Origin: Alphaproteobacteria bacterium
Lineage (GTDB): Bacteria; Pseudomonadota; Alphaproteobacteria; JBFXJJ01
DNA length: 64,000 nucleotides
Direction: 5' to 3'
NCBI GenBank assembly: GCA_050175015.1
Contig: JBFXJJ010000002.1
Location: 1 to 64,000, forward strand
Both the position numbers and the translations under genes were made by a program. Positions 21,043 to 30,303 of this stretch are shown here, piece by piece. The stretch's first letter is position 1; each line of letters starts with the position of its first letter. Below the pieces are notes generated by a model. It did no database searches. It saw only the letters and a list, made by a program, of their open reading frames with translations, and was not told the DNA's origin.

Positions 21043-21095
21043 TAGGAAGATTAGAAGCTAAGTTCAAACAAATGAACTATGTCCCAATCTTCCTA
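21043..21095 (-). terminator. Long interrupted hairpin downstream of recA (probable terminator)
   Basis: TAGGAAGATT/AATCTTCCTA outer stem, AGTTCA/TGAACT inner stem; extends by G-U pairs only on the minus strand; U tract follows. Confidence 0.5.
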
Positions 21096-21164
21096 GTAAC
21101 TAGATAATTTTAGAATAATAAATTTTGGCTTTTGTTTAATTAAATAAATATTCAACGAAACAAT

Positions 21165-22259
21165 TTATTCGCCTGAAGCAATCGGCATATCTTCGCCATC
21201 TGAGCCATTATCTTCACCGCCAATAAATCCTTCAGAGATAATGCCTGCTTTTTCTTTAATAAGGCTTTCGATTTTAGCCGCAACAGCCGCATTTTCTTTC
21301 AAATATACTTTGGCATTTTCACGTCCCTGTCCAAGTCTTTGTCCATCATAAGAATACCAAGAACCAGACTTTTCAACGACATTAGCTTTAACACCCAAAT
21401 CAATTAGCTCGCCAGTTTTAGAAACACCTTCGCCATAAATGATATCAAAATCAACTTGTTTAAAAGGAGGCGCAACTTTGTTTTTAACAATTTTGACCCT
21501 TGTCTGACTACCGATAACATCTTCACGTTCTTTAACCGAACCAACTCTTCTAATATCCAAACGTACTGAGGCATAGAATTTTAAAGCATTACCACCCGTT
21601 GTGGTTTCGGGGCTGCCGAACATAACGCCTATTTTCATTCTTATCTGATTAATGAAAATTATTAAGGTATTAGTTCTAGCAACTGAAGCCGTTAATTTAC
21701 GTAGGGCTTGGCTCATAAGTCTTGCTTGCAGACCCATATGAGAATCTCCCATCTCGCCTTCTAACTCTGCTCTAGGAACAAGAGCCGCAACAGAGTCGAT
21801 AACCATAACATCTATCGCTCCTGAACGGACTAACGTATCAGCAATTTCTAAAGCCTGCTCTCCTGCATCTGGCTGCGAAATTAAAAGATTGTCAACATTA
21901 ACTCCAAGTTTCTTAGCATATCCTGGATCTAAAGCATGCTCAGCATCAATAAAAGCACAAGTTCCGCCACTTTTTTGAGCTTCAGCAATAACGTGCAAAG
22001 CCAAAGTTGTTTTGCCTGAACTTTCTGGACCGTAGATTTCTATTACCCTGCCTTTTGGCAAACCACCAATACCCAAAGCGATGTCAAGACCAAGAGAACC
22101 CGTTGATATTGCTTCAATATCAACAACCCCGCCCTTTTGCCCCAATCTCATTATTGAGCCTTTACCAAAAGATTTCTCAATCTGCCCTAGTGCCGCTTCA
22201 AGAGCCTTATCTTTATCCATATCTGACCTCTCAACTAAAGTTAATTTGTTTTGCATCAT
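21165..22259 (-). CDS. recA: Recombinase RecA
   Basis: [39 protein letters not shown]. Confidence 0.99.
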   Translation of the reverse strand: MMQNKLTLVERSDMDKDKALEAALGQIEKSFGKGSIMRLGQKGGVVDIEAISTGSLGLDIALGIGGLPKGRVIEIYGPESSGKTTLALHVIAEAQKSGGTCAFIDAEHALDPGYAKKLGVNVDNLLISQPDAGEQALEIADTLVRSGAIDVMVIDSVAALVPRAELEGEMGDSHMGLQARLMSQALRKLTASVARTNTLIIFINQIRMKIGVMFGSPETTTGGNALKFYASVRLDIRRVGSVKEREDVIGSQTRVKIVKNKVAPPFKQVDFDIIYGEGVSKTGELIDLGVKANVVEKSGSWYSYDGQRLGQGRENAKVYLKENAAVAAKIESLIKEKAGIISEGFIGGEDNGSDGEDMPIASGE

Positions 22260-22318
22260 AGCTGTTCCCTTTATCGCATATTTTTATTATTGATGACAAT
22301 ATTTTATAATTCTTATTT

Positions 22319-22367
22319 GTTCACATTTTATTCTAAAAATCAAGCATAAAGTGAACAATAAAGGAAC
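22319..22367. promoter_or_regulatory. Two alphaproteobacterial LexA (SOS) boxes upstream of recA
   Basis: GAAC-AATAAAG-GAAC at 22353-22367 (perfect GAAC-N7-GAAC) and GTTC-ACATTTT-ATTC at 22319-22333. Confidence 0.85.
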
Positions 22368-22407
22368 AAATTATTATATCTGATTATAACACTATGATTT
22401 TAAACAT

Positions 22408-25008
22408 TTATTCTGCCAAAACTTTTTTTACCATAGCCGCCAAATCAACTAAAGAAAAAGGCTTTGCTAAAAAGTAAAATTCTTTAGAGCTTGCCAGTTC
22501 ATCTCTGGCAACATCTTCGGAATACCCAGAAACCAAAATTACTTTTATCTGAGGGAATTGTTCTCGAACAAAATGAGCCAGAGTCGCTCCTCCCATGCCA
22601 GGCATAACCATATCAGTTATGAGCAAATCAATTGCAGAATCATTTTCTAAGACTTCCATTGCTTCTTCTCCAGAAGCACATTCCGTAACTTCATAGCCTT
22701 TATTTTTAAGCGCTCTTGCCCCAAAAGCTCTAACCGCCGTTTCATCTTCAACCAATAAAATTCTGCCGCTGCCTGCCAAATTAGTATCGATAAGTTTTTG
22801 GACGGGTTCCTCTTTTTTATTGCGTCTATTTAAATCGAGCGTCAATTGATTTTCATCTGTTTCCTGAGCATCATCTTCTTTTGACTTAGAAGCCTTATTC
22901 TGTCCCGAGGTTTTGTTTGCAAGGCTGTCTTCATCTGTTTTTTTATCATAAGCTTTAAAATAAATGGTAAAAGTCGACCCCTCACCTAAAACACTTTCAA
23001 CGGTTATAAATCCTTTTGTCTGTTGAACAATTCCATAGACAGTTGCCAGTCCAAGCCCTGTCCCTGATTTGCCTTTGGTAGAAAAGAAAGGCTCAAAGAT
23101 TTTTTCAACATTTTCAGGACTAATCCCGCACCCTGTATCAGATACTGATAGCGCTATATAATCACCAGAAGGAACAACGACACTAGATTTCTTAATCGGC
23201 TCTGACGTCATTATTCTTGAGGTCTTAAGTGTAATTGTACCCCCACCTGGCATCGCATCTTTCGCATTAAGCACAAGGTTAGTTATCACCTGATCAAGCT
23301 GTGTTGGATCCACCCTAACCAGCCCTAAATCACGAGCGTGGAAGATTTTCAGCTCAACCGTTTCGCCTATCATACGGTTCAAATAATGAATATAATCAGA
23401 TATAGCTTCTGTTAAATCGACCATAACAGGTGCTAAAGCCTGCTGTTTAGAAAAAGCTAAAAGCTTTTTCACCAGAGCTGCTGCACGTCTTGAATCATTT
23501 TGAATCTGCTTAATATCATTATGCGAAGGATCACCCGCACTATGCCTTTGCAGTAAGAAATCGGCATACCCCATAATCGCAGTTAAAAGATTGTTGAAGT
23601 CATGAGCAACTCCGCCTGCAAGCTGTCCCATTGCCTGCATCTTTTGAGCCTGCTCAAACTGCATTTTTAAATTCTTTCTATCGGTAGTATCAATAAAATG
23701 GAAAATTAAGCCATCGACATCATTATCACCATTTTTTAAGCTGGAATAGCTCCTCATTGGACCTGCAAAAATTTCAGCCGTTTTTTCTCCAAAATTAGTT
23801 TTAGCATCAGTTTCAAGGCGTGTTTCTACGTGAAACCCTGATGTTGCCCCTAAAACAATTTTTGAAAGATTAGCATCCAAATTTTCTTTATCAGCGGCGG
23901 CAATAAGATTTAAGACAGGCTGTCCTAAAATATCTTCCCTGCTCTTATTTATAATTTTTGAAAAAGCTTTGTTGCAATCAATAATATTAGCATCAATATC
24001 GGCAATAACGATACCAACTGGAGTTTCTTCCAAAAGCCAGCGGAATTTCTTTTCTGCCATATTTAAAGCCCTGTCCCAATCTTTAGAACGCATAATATCT
24101 TTGACGACAATGCCCCTTACTCTGGTTTCATCTCCTGCATCGTAGGTTGATTGTGATAGATATGATAAAAACTGAACCCCCGATGCATTTTGGAATTCGA
24201 CTTCGCCCTCCCATAAGCCATCAACTTCAGGTTTATGATCACCTTTTATAAATTTATAAATAATCTCGCCTTGAAGTTCTTTGCGGTCAAAAGCAAGCCA
24301 GTCTGCGAGTTTATAGTTGGCATAAATGATTTTCCCATCAGAATTTGATATAAAAACCCCAACAGGCAAGAAATCAATTAAATCGTACTTTTCATCAAGT
24401 TCTTGTTTAACTATTTCGTTTATGGTTTTCTGAGCTGTAATATCATCAACTTTAAGAACAACAAATTTGTTATTAAAATCGGTTTTTAGAACATCTAATG
24501 AAACACTGTACCATTCTAAAAATTTTGAATCATCGTCTTTAGCACTTGAGTAAAGACAGATTTTGGTTTCTTGCGGAGCCATATTATCAATGGCATTTTT
24601 TATTTTTTTAAATGCTAAAAAAGAATTATCCTCGTCTTCTGAAACTATGCGGTTAAACATATTTTCAAGCATATCATTTTCACCAAAGAACTCATAACCG
24701 CTACGGTTTGCAAAAAATTTCTTATCTGGAAAAATAACGGCTATTGGTCTTTTTTCTTCTTCTAAAATAGCATAATAAATTAAAGAGTTTTGCTCATTCT
24801 CATAAATTATATTAAGGACATTAAGCAAAACTAAAAATGAAAAAATGACGCCAAGAGAAGCTATAACTAAAATAAAAATATAATATTCTGGAAGGTGTAG
24901 ACTTAAACTGATAGCCAAGCCAGCAACACCCAAACCAAGGGCGAGCAATCCCAAACTATTTTTTAAATTGTTTTGGTTCTTAAATAGTTTTTTTAAGTCG
25001 CATAACAT
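22408..25008 (-). CDS. cckA: Cell-cycle hybrid sensor histidine kinase (TM-PAS-HisKA-HATPase-REC)
   Basis: AHDFNNLL H-box, NAKDAM, GTGLGL, receiver LLITDMVMP; flhB-cckA-recA synteny; start set at ATG 25008 with GAGG 9 nt upstream (uncertain). Confidence 0.88.
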   Translation of the reverse strand: MLCDLKKLFKNQNNLKNSLGLLALGLGVAGLAISLSLHLPEYYIFILVIASLGVIFSFLVLLNVLNIIYENEQNSLIYYAILEEEKRPIAVIFPDKKFFANRSGYEFFGENDMLENMFNRIVSEDEDNSFLAFKKIKNAIDNMAPQETKICLYSSAKDDDSKFLEWYSVSLDVLKTDFNNKFVVLKVDDITAQKTINEIVKQELDEKYDLIDFLPVGVFISNSDGKIIYANYKLADWLAFDRKELQGEIIYKFIKGDHKPEVDGLWEGEVEFQNASGVQFLSYLSQSTYDAGDETRVRGIVVKDIMRSKDWDRALNMAEKKFRWLLEETPVGIVIADIDANIIDCNKAFSKIINKSREDILGQPVLNLIAAADKENLDANLSKIVLGATSGFHVETRLETDAKTNFGEKTAEIFAGPMRSYSSLKNGDNDVDGLIFHFIDTTDRKNLKMQFEQAQKMQAMGQLAGGVAHDFNNLLTAIMGYADFLLQRHSAGDPSHNDIKQIQNDSRRAAALVKKLLAFSKQQALAPVMVDLTEAISDYIHYLNRMIGETVELKIFHARDLGLVRVDPTQLDQVITNLVLNAKDAMPGGGTITLKTSRIMTSEPIKKSSVVVPSGDYIALSVSDTGCGISPENVEKIFEPFFSTKGKSGTGLGLATVYGIVQQTKGFITVESVLGEGSTFTIYFKAYDKKTDEDSLANKTSGQNKASKSKEDDAQETDENQLTLDLNRRNKKEEPVQKLIDTNLAGSGRILLVEDETAVRAFGARALKNKGYEVTECASGEEAMEVLENDSAIDLLITDMVMPGMGGATLAHFVREQFPQIKVILVSGYSEDVARDELASSKEFYFLAKPFSLVDLAAMVKKVLAE

Positions 25009-26047
25009 AACTAATAACCTCTGCCACCGCTTTAAAATGTTCTTCAGGAATTGCCTGATCAATTTCTACAGAAGCATATAACGCCCTAGCAAGAGGAGGG
25101 TTCTCAACAATAGGAACCTCATTCTCGTTTGCTATTTCTTTTATTCGTTGCGCCAAATGATCAACACCCTTAGCAACGACGATAGGAGCTGGCATTTCTT
25201 CCATATCATATTTTAACGCTATAGCAAAATGGGTAGGGTTAGTAATAACAACTGTAGACTTAGGAACTTCCTGCATCATTCTCTTACGAAATCGTTCCAT
25301 TCGCACAGAACGAATTCTAGATTTAACTAAGGGATCACCTTCGCTCTGCTTATATTCATCTTTTACTTCTTGTTTAGTCATACGCATCTTCTTTCTATGC
25401 CTAAACCAAACAAATAAATAGTCAGCACCTGCGATAATCATCATAACCAGAAAAACTGTAAAAACAAACAACAATACAATATCTTTTAACTGACCTAGAA
25501 TGCCGCCCATACTCATATCAATCATTAAAGGTATGCTTTTAAGCTTTGGCAGCACGACAAGACTGGAAGCCATAAAAACAGCGCCTATTTTCAACAATCC
25601 TTTTAATGTTTCGATAATTTTTTCTAGAGTTATATAGTTTTTTAAGGACATAAAAATGTTAAGTTTTTCCCACTTAGGCGCCAGCTTTTTCCCTGTCCAC
25701 AAAAAACCAACCTGCATAACAACGGAAATCACAGCTAAAACCATTAACATTCCCATAGGAATCATTAAGATTTTGAACATATCCATAAAAACTTGAGCAA
25801 AAAGAACCCTCAAGGCATTTTGATCTACAGGAATAGCGTGAGGAGATGTAATAAACCTGGCGGTATAGTCCTTAGTTTGTTTCATCATATAAGGCATCAT
25901 AGTCCAAACAATCATCACCACGCCAAAAAGCATTATCCAGCTTTTGACTTCTTGAGACATCGGAACTTGACCTTCTTCTTCTCTCGCTTTGGATAGCTTT
26001 CGTTCTGTCGGGTCTTCCGTCTTGGAGGAATCGTCTTCTTCTGCCAT
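24980..26047 (-). CDS. flhB: Flagellar export protein FlhB
   Basis: KTEDPT, MTKQEVKDEYKQSEGDP, NPTH autocleavage motif. Confidence 0.97.
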   Translation of the reverse strand: MAEEDDSSKTEDPTERKLSKAREEEGQVPMSQEVKSWIMLFGVVMIVWTMMPYMMKQTKDYTARFITSPHAIPVDQNALRVLFAQVFMDMFKILMIPMGMLMVLAVISVVMQVGFLWTGKKLAPKWEKLNIFMSLKNYITLEKIIETLKGLLKIGAVFMASSLVVLPKLKSIPLMIDMSMGGILGQLKDIVLLFVFTVFLVMMIIAGADYLFVWFRHRKKMRMTKQEVKDEYKQSEGDPLVKSRIRSVRMERFRKRMMQEVPKSTVVITNPTHFAIALKYDMEEMPAPIVVAKGVDHLAQRIKEIANENEVPIVENPPLARALYASVEIDQAIPEEHFKAVAEVISYVMRLKKTI

Positions 26048-26063
26048 TGCACTTATCTATATT

Positions 26064-26825
26064 TTAACGTGTCAAAAATGATACTAAGCCATCTTCATAA
26101 TAACGAATATATGTTTTTATGATAGCTGGTATTGTAATCATAAATAATGCCGAACCAAGATAAATTTGAAGTGGAAGCGACACAAAAAATATTTGCAGCT
26201 GAGGCATAAGTCTTGCCATAACCCCTAGCCCTGCATATAAAATCAAAGAAAACACTATAAGCGGTGCTGAAAGCTTAAATCCTATGATAAAACTTTTATT
26301 TACTGATGTTACTAAAAACTGTGAAAAATCTTCGAACAAAATCGGCTTTCCAGGTACGAACAGCGTATAACTATCAACAACGGCTGTTATCATTAGATGA
26401 TGGAGTCCTGTTGAGAAAATAACACAAACCGCTGCTAAGTTGAGCATAGCATTAATCAAACTTGATTGATTGGAAGTACTGGGATCAAACGCTGTAGCAT
26501 TACGAAAACCAATAGACATACCAATTTTATCACAGGCAATGTCAAGAGCCGTCGAAAGAAAAACCATAACAAGTCCTAGAAAAAGACCTGTTGTTGCTTC
26601 TTCAAATATTAAAAAGAAAAGTTCAAATCCTTCTTTGGGTTTATCGGGCAGAACAGGAGATAAAACTGGAGCGACCAACAAAGATATCGTAAGCGTTAAA
26701 AGAAGTCTTAATCTGGCATTTACATAGCTAGCCGCAAACCCAGGCATAACCATAAAAGCTCCAGCCAGTCTTGTAAAAACCAAAAAAACATCAAAAATTT
26801 CAAACGATAAATAGTTCGTAAGCAT
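26064..26825 (-). CDS. fliR: Flagellar export protein FliR
   Basis: Hydrophobic 253 aa, ARLMPQLQIFFVSLPL; between fliQ and flhB. Confidence 0.93.
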   Translation of the reverse strand: MLTNYLSFEIFDVFLVFTRLAGAFMVMPGFAASYVNARLRLLLTLTISLLVAPVLSPVLPDKPKEGFELFFLIFEEATTGLFLGLVMVFLSTALDIACDKIGMSIGFRNATAFDPSTSNQSSLINAMLNLAAVCVIFSTGLHHLMITAVVDSYTLFVPGKPILFEDFSQFLVTSVNKSFIIGFKLSAPLIVFSLILYAGLGVMARLMPQLQIFFVSLPLQIYLGSALFMITIPAIIKTYIRYYEDGLVSFLTR

Positions 26826-26829
26826 ACGC

Positions 26830-27096
26830 TTATCCTAAACTGATAATTTTATCATACATATTCTGAGCAAAGACCGTCATCTGAGAAATCATAAACGGCA
26901 TCAAAAAAATCAAAGAAATAAAAACCGCTATAATTTTAGGAACGAAGGTTAAAGTCATTTCTTGAATTTGGGTTAAGGCTTGAAAAAGACCAATCAATAA
27001 ACCGACAAACATTGCTATCATAAGCAGAGGGCCAACCATTTTTATCAGAACAAAGATAGATTCTTTGGTGATATCAATGATTTCGGTCTCTGTCAT
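26830..27096 (-). CDS. fliQ: Flagellar export protein FliQ
   Basis: FQALTQIQEMTLTFVPKI. Confidence 0.97.
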   Translation of the reverse strand: MTETEIIDITKESIFVLIKMVGPLLMIAMFVGLLIGLFQALTQIQEMTLTFVPKIIAVFISLIFLMPFMISQMTVFAQNMYDKIISLG

Positions 27097-27119
27097 ACTA
27101 TGCCCCTTATCTTTAAATC

Positions 27120-27434
27120 TTAAATCGGCATACGAAGAATTTCTTGATAAGCTGCTGTTACTTTATCACGAATGGTAACAACTGTCTCAAGAGCCATCTC
27201 AGCATTAGAAACCGCAGCAACAACTTCTCTTAAATCAGCTTCCCCAGCAATAGCCTGCATACTTAATTTTTCACTAGCTCTATTAGCTTCAACAGTGTCT
27301 TCAACAACATTTTTTACCATATCGGCAAAAGTTCCAGAAGCATTGGGTTTGTCAGCTACAGATGATGCTTCTGGCTTCATTTTAGAAGCCGCATTATAAG
27401 CAGCAAGAGCATTACTAAAACTAACATCAACCAT
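27120..27434 (-). CDS. fliE: Hook-basal body protein FliE
   Basis: C-terminal IRDKVTAAYQEILRMPI. Confidence 0.96.
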   Translation of the reverse strand: MVDVSFSNALAAYNAASKMKPEASSVADKPNASGTFADMVKNVVEDTVEANRASEKLSMQAIAGEADLREVVAAVSNAEMALETVVTIRDKVTAAYQEILRMPI

Positions 27435-27467
27435 AGAACTAATCCTTAAAAATATATTATAACATAC

Positions 27468-27878
27468 TTATTTTATAAGCTCTAACGTTCTTGACATCAA
27501 GTCTCTTGATGTTTTGATTACATTCAGGTTAGCTTCATAGGTTCTCTGAGCTTCTTTCATATCCATAATTTCGATTAAAGGATTAACATTAGGCAGAAGA
27601 ACATAACCATCATCACCTGCTCCTGGGTGATTAGGATCATAACGTTTACCGAACTCTGCACTGTCAACGCCAACCTTATCAACGGTAACAACTTCAGCAC
27701 CTAATTCTCTATCGAGTTCATTTTTGAATGTTATAGTCTTTCTTTGATAGGGTTTACCACCAGCTTCGGTTGCAACGGAGTCTGCATTTGCTAAGTTTTG
27801 GGATATAACTCTTAATCTTTCAGTTTGGGCTTTAAGTCCTGAAAGTGCTATATCTGTGCTAGTTCGTAAATCGCTCAT
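27468..27878 (-). CDS. flgC: Basal-body rod protein FlgC
   Basis: SQNLANA, YDPNHP, PNVN, YEAN. Confidence 0.97.
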   Translation of the reverse strand: MSDLRTSTDIALSGLKAQTERLRVISQNLANADSVATEAGGKPYQRKTITFKNELDRELGAEVVTVDKVGVDSAEFGKRYDPNHPGAGDDGYVLLPNVNPLIEIMDMKEAQRTYEANLNVIKTSRDLMSRTLELIK

Positions 27879-27901
27879 AGCTTTCTCCTAAACAATAAAT
27901 G

Positions 27902-28360
27902 TTATTTTCCCTTACCAAGAGAAGTCTTAATCATATTGTTATATTTAGTATAGATGGTCGCAGAAATCTCATAATCTTGCTGATTTCTGCCAATTTTTGC
28001 CATCTGTTCTTCAATATCAACTCCGTTCTTATCTATGCTTAATTCATAAGGGCTACGATCGGCATCCACTCTAGAACTGCCTTTTCCTGATAATGTCCCT
28101 GATAAATGTTTAGAATTGGTTTTGACCGCAGAAACACTTGCTGTTCCAGCGTTTTGGATATGATTTTCATTAGTCGTTGCAAGCGTTACACTATTAGCTT
28201 TTGCTAATTCCTTAGAAAAATCCAAAGCTTTAATATCGTGTGAAACATAATCTGGGGTGGTAGAATTAGCAATATTTTCAGCTAAAACAGATTGCCTTTG
28301 TGCAACCCATTCCATCTTTTCATTTGCCATCTTAAATAATGTTAAACTTTGTAAGTCCAT
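27902..28360 (-). CDS. flgB: Basal-body rod protein FlgB
   Basis: RQSVLAENIANSTTPDY, NGVDIEEQM. Confidence 0.94.
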   Translation of the reverse strand: MDLQSLTLFKMANEKMEWVAQRQSVLAENIANSTTPDYVSHDIKALDFSKELAKANSVTLATTNENHIQNAGTASVSAVKTNSKHLSGTLSGKGSSRVDADRSPYELSIDKNGVDIEEQMAKIGRNQQDYEISATIYTKYNNMIKTSLGKGK

Positions 28361-28412
28361 TTAATAACGCTCCCAGCCTTGCAACCTAATTAATATTTTA
28401 GTTCTAAAACCT

Positions 28413-28428
28413 TTAACAAATTGTAAAC
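28413..28428 (+). promoter_or_regulatory. Possible CtrA site upstream of the FlhB-like gene/fliO/fliP
   Basis: TTAA-CAAATTG-TAAAC, one mismatch to TTAA-N7-TTAAC; weak in AT-rich DNA. Confidence 0.35.
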
Positions 28429-28446
28429 TTTTCTGTTTTTATATAA

Positions 28447-28462
28447 TGCAAGATACGTGCCA
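28447..28462 (-). promoter_or_regulatory. Sigma54 promoter of flgBC-fliE
   Basis: Minus strand TGGCACGTATCTTGCA matches TGGCAC-N5-TTGCA, about 90 bp before flgB. Confidence 0.88.
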
Positions 28463-28546
28463 GTTTTTTTGTTTTTATTTTTGGTTTTTTAAACATTTTC
28501 TTAATCATCTTCCGTCAAAATTAACTAAACAAAGGAATTATTTTAG

Positions 28547-28876
28547 ATGACGTATGACGACGACGAGGACAAAAAAAACATTAAGAAGATTGAGCCGTTA
28601 AAATCGGTTGCGGTTGCTCTTAAACATAACCTCGAAGATGAAGACGTTCCTAAGGTTGTTGCTAGCGGCAGAGGCTATATTGCTGAGCAAATTATAGCTC
28701 TTGCCTTTGAAAATGGCGTTAAAGTCAGAGAAGATGCCGATCTTGCTGAAATTTTATCTGCTATTGATATCGATACTGCTATTCCGGTTGAAGCTTTTGC
28801 CGCAGTTGCAGAAATTCTTTCTTATGTATATCAGGCTAATAATGCTGGAGCTAAAAGTTATGAAGAATCAAATTAG
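28547..28876 (+). CDS. FlhB C-terminal-like (EscU/YscU/HrcU family) protein
   Basis: AVAL...PKVVASGRGYIAEQII...IPVEAFAAVAEILSYVY. Confidence 0.88.
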   Translation: MTYDDDEDKKNIKKIEPLKSVAVALKHNLEDEDVPKVVASGRGYIAEQIIALAFENGVKVREDADLAEILSAIDIDTAIPVEAFAAVAEILSYVYQANNAGAKSYEESN

Positions 28877-29162
28877 TGAAGAAATAAACAAACTAAACTC
28901 TCTTATAAAAACAGCTCGAAATATGACTCTCAAAGGGACAATAGCGGATATATCCGCTATCAAAAATAATGCCGTAAAGCTTTGTGATTTAATTGTTTCT
29001 AGTGAATCAAAAAAAGCTTTATCTGCACAATTAGAAAAAATAATTGAAAATTTAGATTTTCTAACCTTGGATTTAAATCACACTTTTGGCTGGCTTAATA
29101 ACAATAAAAAAACCGATACCCCCCCTAGTTTGTTTTACGATAACAAAAAGAATAATGAGTAG
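28860..29162 (+). CDS. Hypothetical helical protein in the flagellar cluster
   Basis: ATG 28860 with GGAG upstream; fills the gap before fliO. Confidence 0.65.
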   Translation: MKNQISEEINKLNSLIKTARNMTLKGTIADISAIKNNAVKLCDLIVSSESKKALSAQLEKIIENLDFLTLDLNHTFGWLNNNKKTDTPPSLFYDNKKNNE

Positions 29163-29167
29163 CGCCA

Positions 29168-29479
29168 ATGATTATGTACCTCAACGCTTTTCTTGCTCTG
29201 GTTTTTGTTTTAGGGCTTATTATGCTCTTGGGTTTCGTATTAAAAAAATTCAATTTACCACTTGATTCTGTTAAAAATCTTAAATCTGCCAAAAAGCATT
29301 TAAAAATCATTGAAACCATGAGAATCGATAATAAAAGAAAAATCTTACTGCTAAAATGCCAAGATAAAAACTTCTTGATTTTGGCAGGAGAAAAGGATCT
29401 GCTGCTATCAGATAATATTAATATTCCCGAAGAATTGTTTGAACCCAATCAATCTCAAAATGAAAAGGCTCCTATATGA
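29168..29479 (+). CDS. fliO: Flagellar biosynthesis protein FliO
   Basis: N-terminal TM, LKIIETMRIDNKRKILLLK; overlaps the fliP start. Confidence 0.8.
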   Translation: MIMYLNAFLALVFVLGLIMLLGFVLKKFNLPLDSVKNLKSAKKHLKIIETMRIDNKRKILLLKCQDKNFLILAGEKDLLLSDNINIPEELFEPNQSQNEKAPI

Positions 29480-30231
29480 AAATCGTCTTTAGCAAAAAAT
29501 TTATTCTAGCCCTTTTAGTATTCGGCATAACTTTTCTTATAAGCAACTTTGCCTTAGCTCAAAGCGTTACGGTAAATCTTGGCGATGAAACAGGAACAGC
29601 AACAGGAAGAATCATTCAATTCCTCCTTTTAACAACAATACTCTCTATTGCGCCCAGTATTCTTGTGATGACAACCTCTTTTACAAGAATAGCGATAGTT
29701 CTATCCATTGTAAGAAATGCTATCGGCGCTAACAGCGCTCCTCCTAACAACATTATCATAAGCCTTTCTTTGTTTTTAACCGCTTTTATTATGACCCCTG
29801 TTTTTGAGGAATCTTGGAAAACAGGTTTGAAACCACTCATTGATGAAAAAGTTGAGGTTATGGAAGGCTTAGAACTAGCCGTAAAACCTTTGCATCATTT
29901 TATGGCTATGAATACTAGAGATAAAGACATTGAGTTATTTATGAATCTTTCTAAATCTGAAAAAGTCGAAAAAGTAGAAGACACTCCTTTATCGGTAATG
30001 ATCCCTGCCTTTATGATTAGTGAAATCAGAAGAGCTTTTGAAATCAGCTTTTTAATTTATATCCCTTTTATTGTTATTGATATGGTCGTCGCCTCAATCC
30101 TTATGAGTATGGGTATGATGATGCTGCCGCCTGTTATGCTTTCGATGCCGTTTAAAATCATCTTTTTCGTTCTGATTGATGGCTGGTATATGCTCTGCGG
30201 TTCACTAGTTCAAAGCTTTGTTGTGAACTAA
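29476..30231 (+). CDS. fliP: Flagellar export protein FliP
   Basis: TSFTRI, PPN, PAFMISE, MGMMMLPP, LIDGW. Confidence 0.97.
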   Translation: MKIVFSKKFILALLVFGITFLISNFALAQSVTVNLGDETGTATGRIIQFLLLTTILSIAPSILVMTTSFTRIAIVLSIVRNAIGANSAPPNNIIISLSLFLTAFIMTPVFEESWKTGLKPLIDEKVEVMEGLELAVKPLHHFMAMNTRDKDIELFMNLSKSEKVEKVEDTPLSVMIPAFMISEIRRAFEISFLIYIPFIVIDMVVASILMSMGMMMLPPVMLSMPFKIIFFVLIDGWYMLCGSLVQSFVVN

Positions 30232-30303
30232 AAAAATTAAATATAATTAGCTTTAATGTTTTGATAAGTAAATCGAGAATAGAGTTGCAGACTTCTGTCT
30301 CTA

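Noticed and set aside
24980-25062. 83-bp flhB/cckA overlap
   Set aside because: Probably due to longest-ORF calling; ATG 25008 has an RBS and gives a modest overlap
28701-28859. 5' extension of the 153-aa ORF overlapping the FlhB-like gene
   Set aside because: ATG 28860 with GGAG is the more plausible start
30250-30262. GCTTTAATGTTTT, also present inverted near 42237-42249
   Set aside because: Short and AT-rich; plausible by chance
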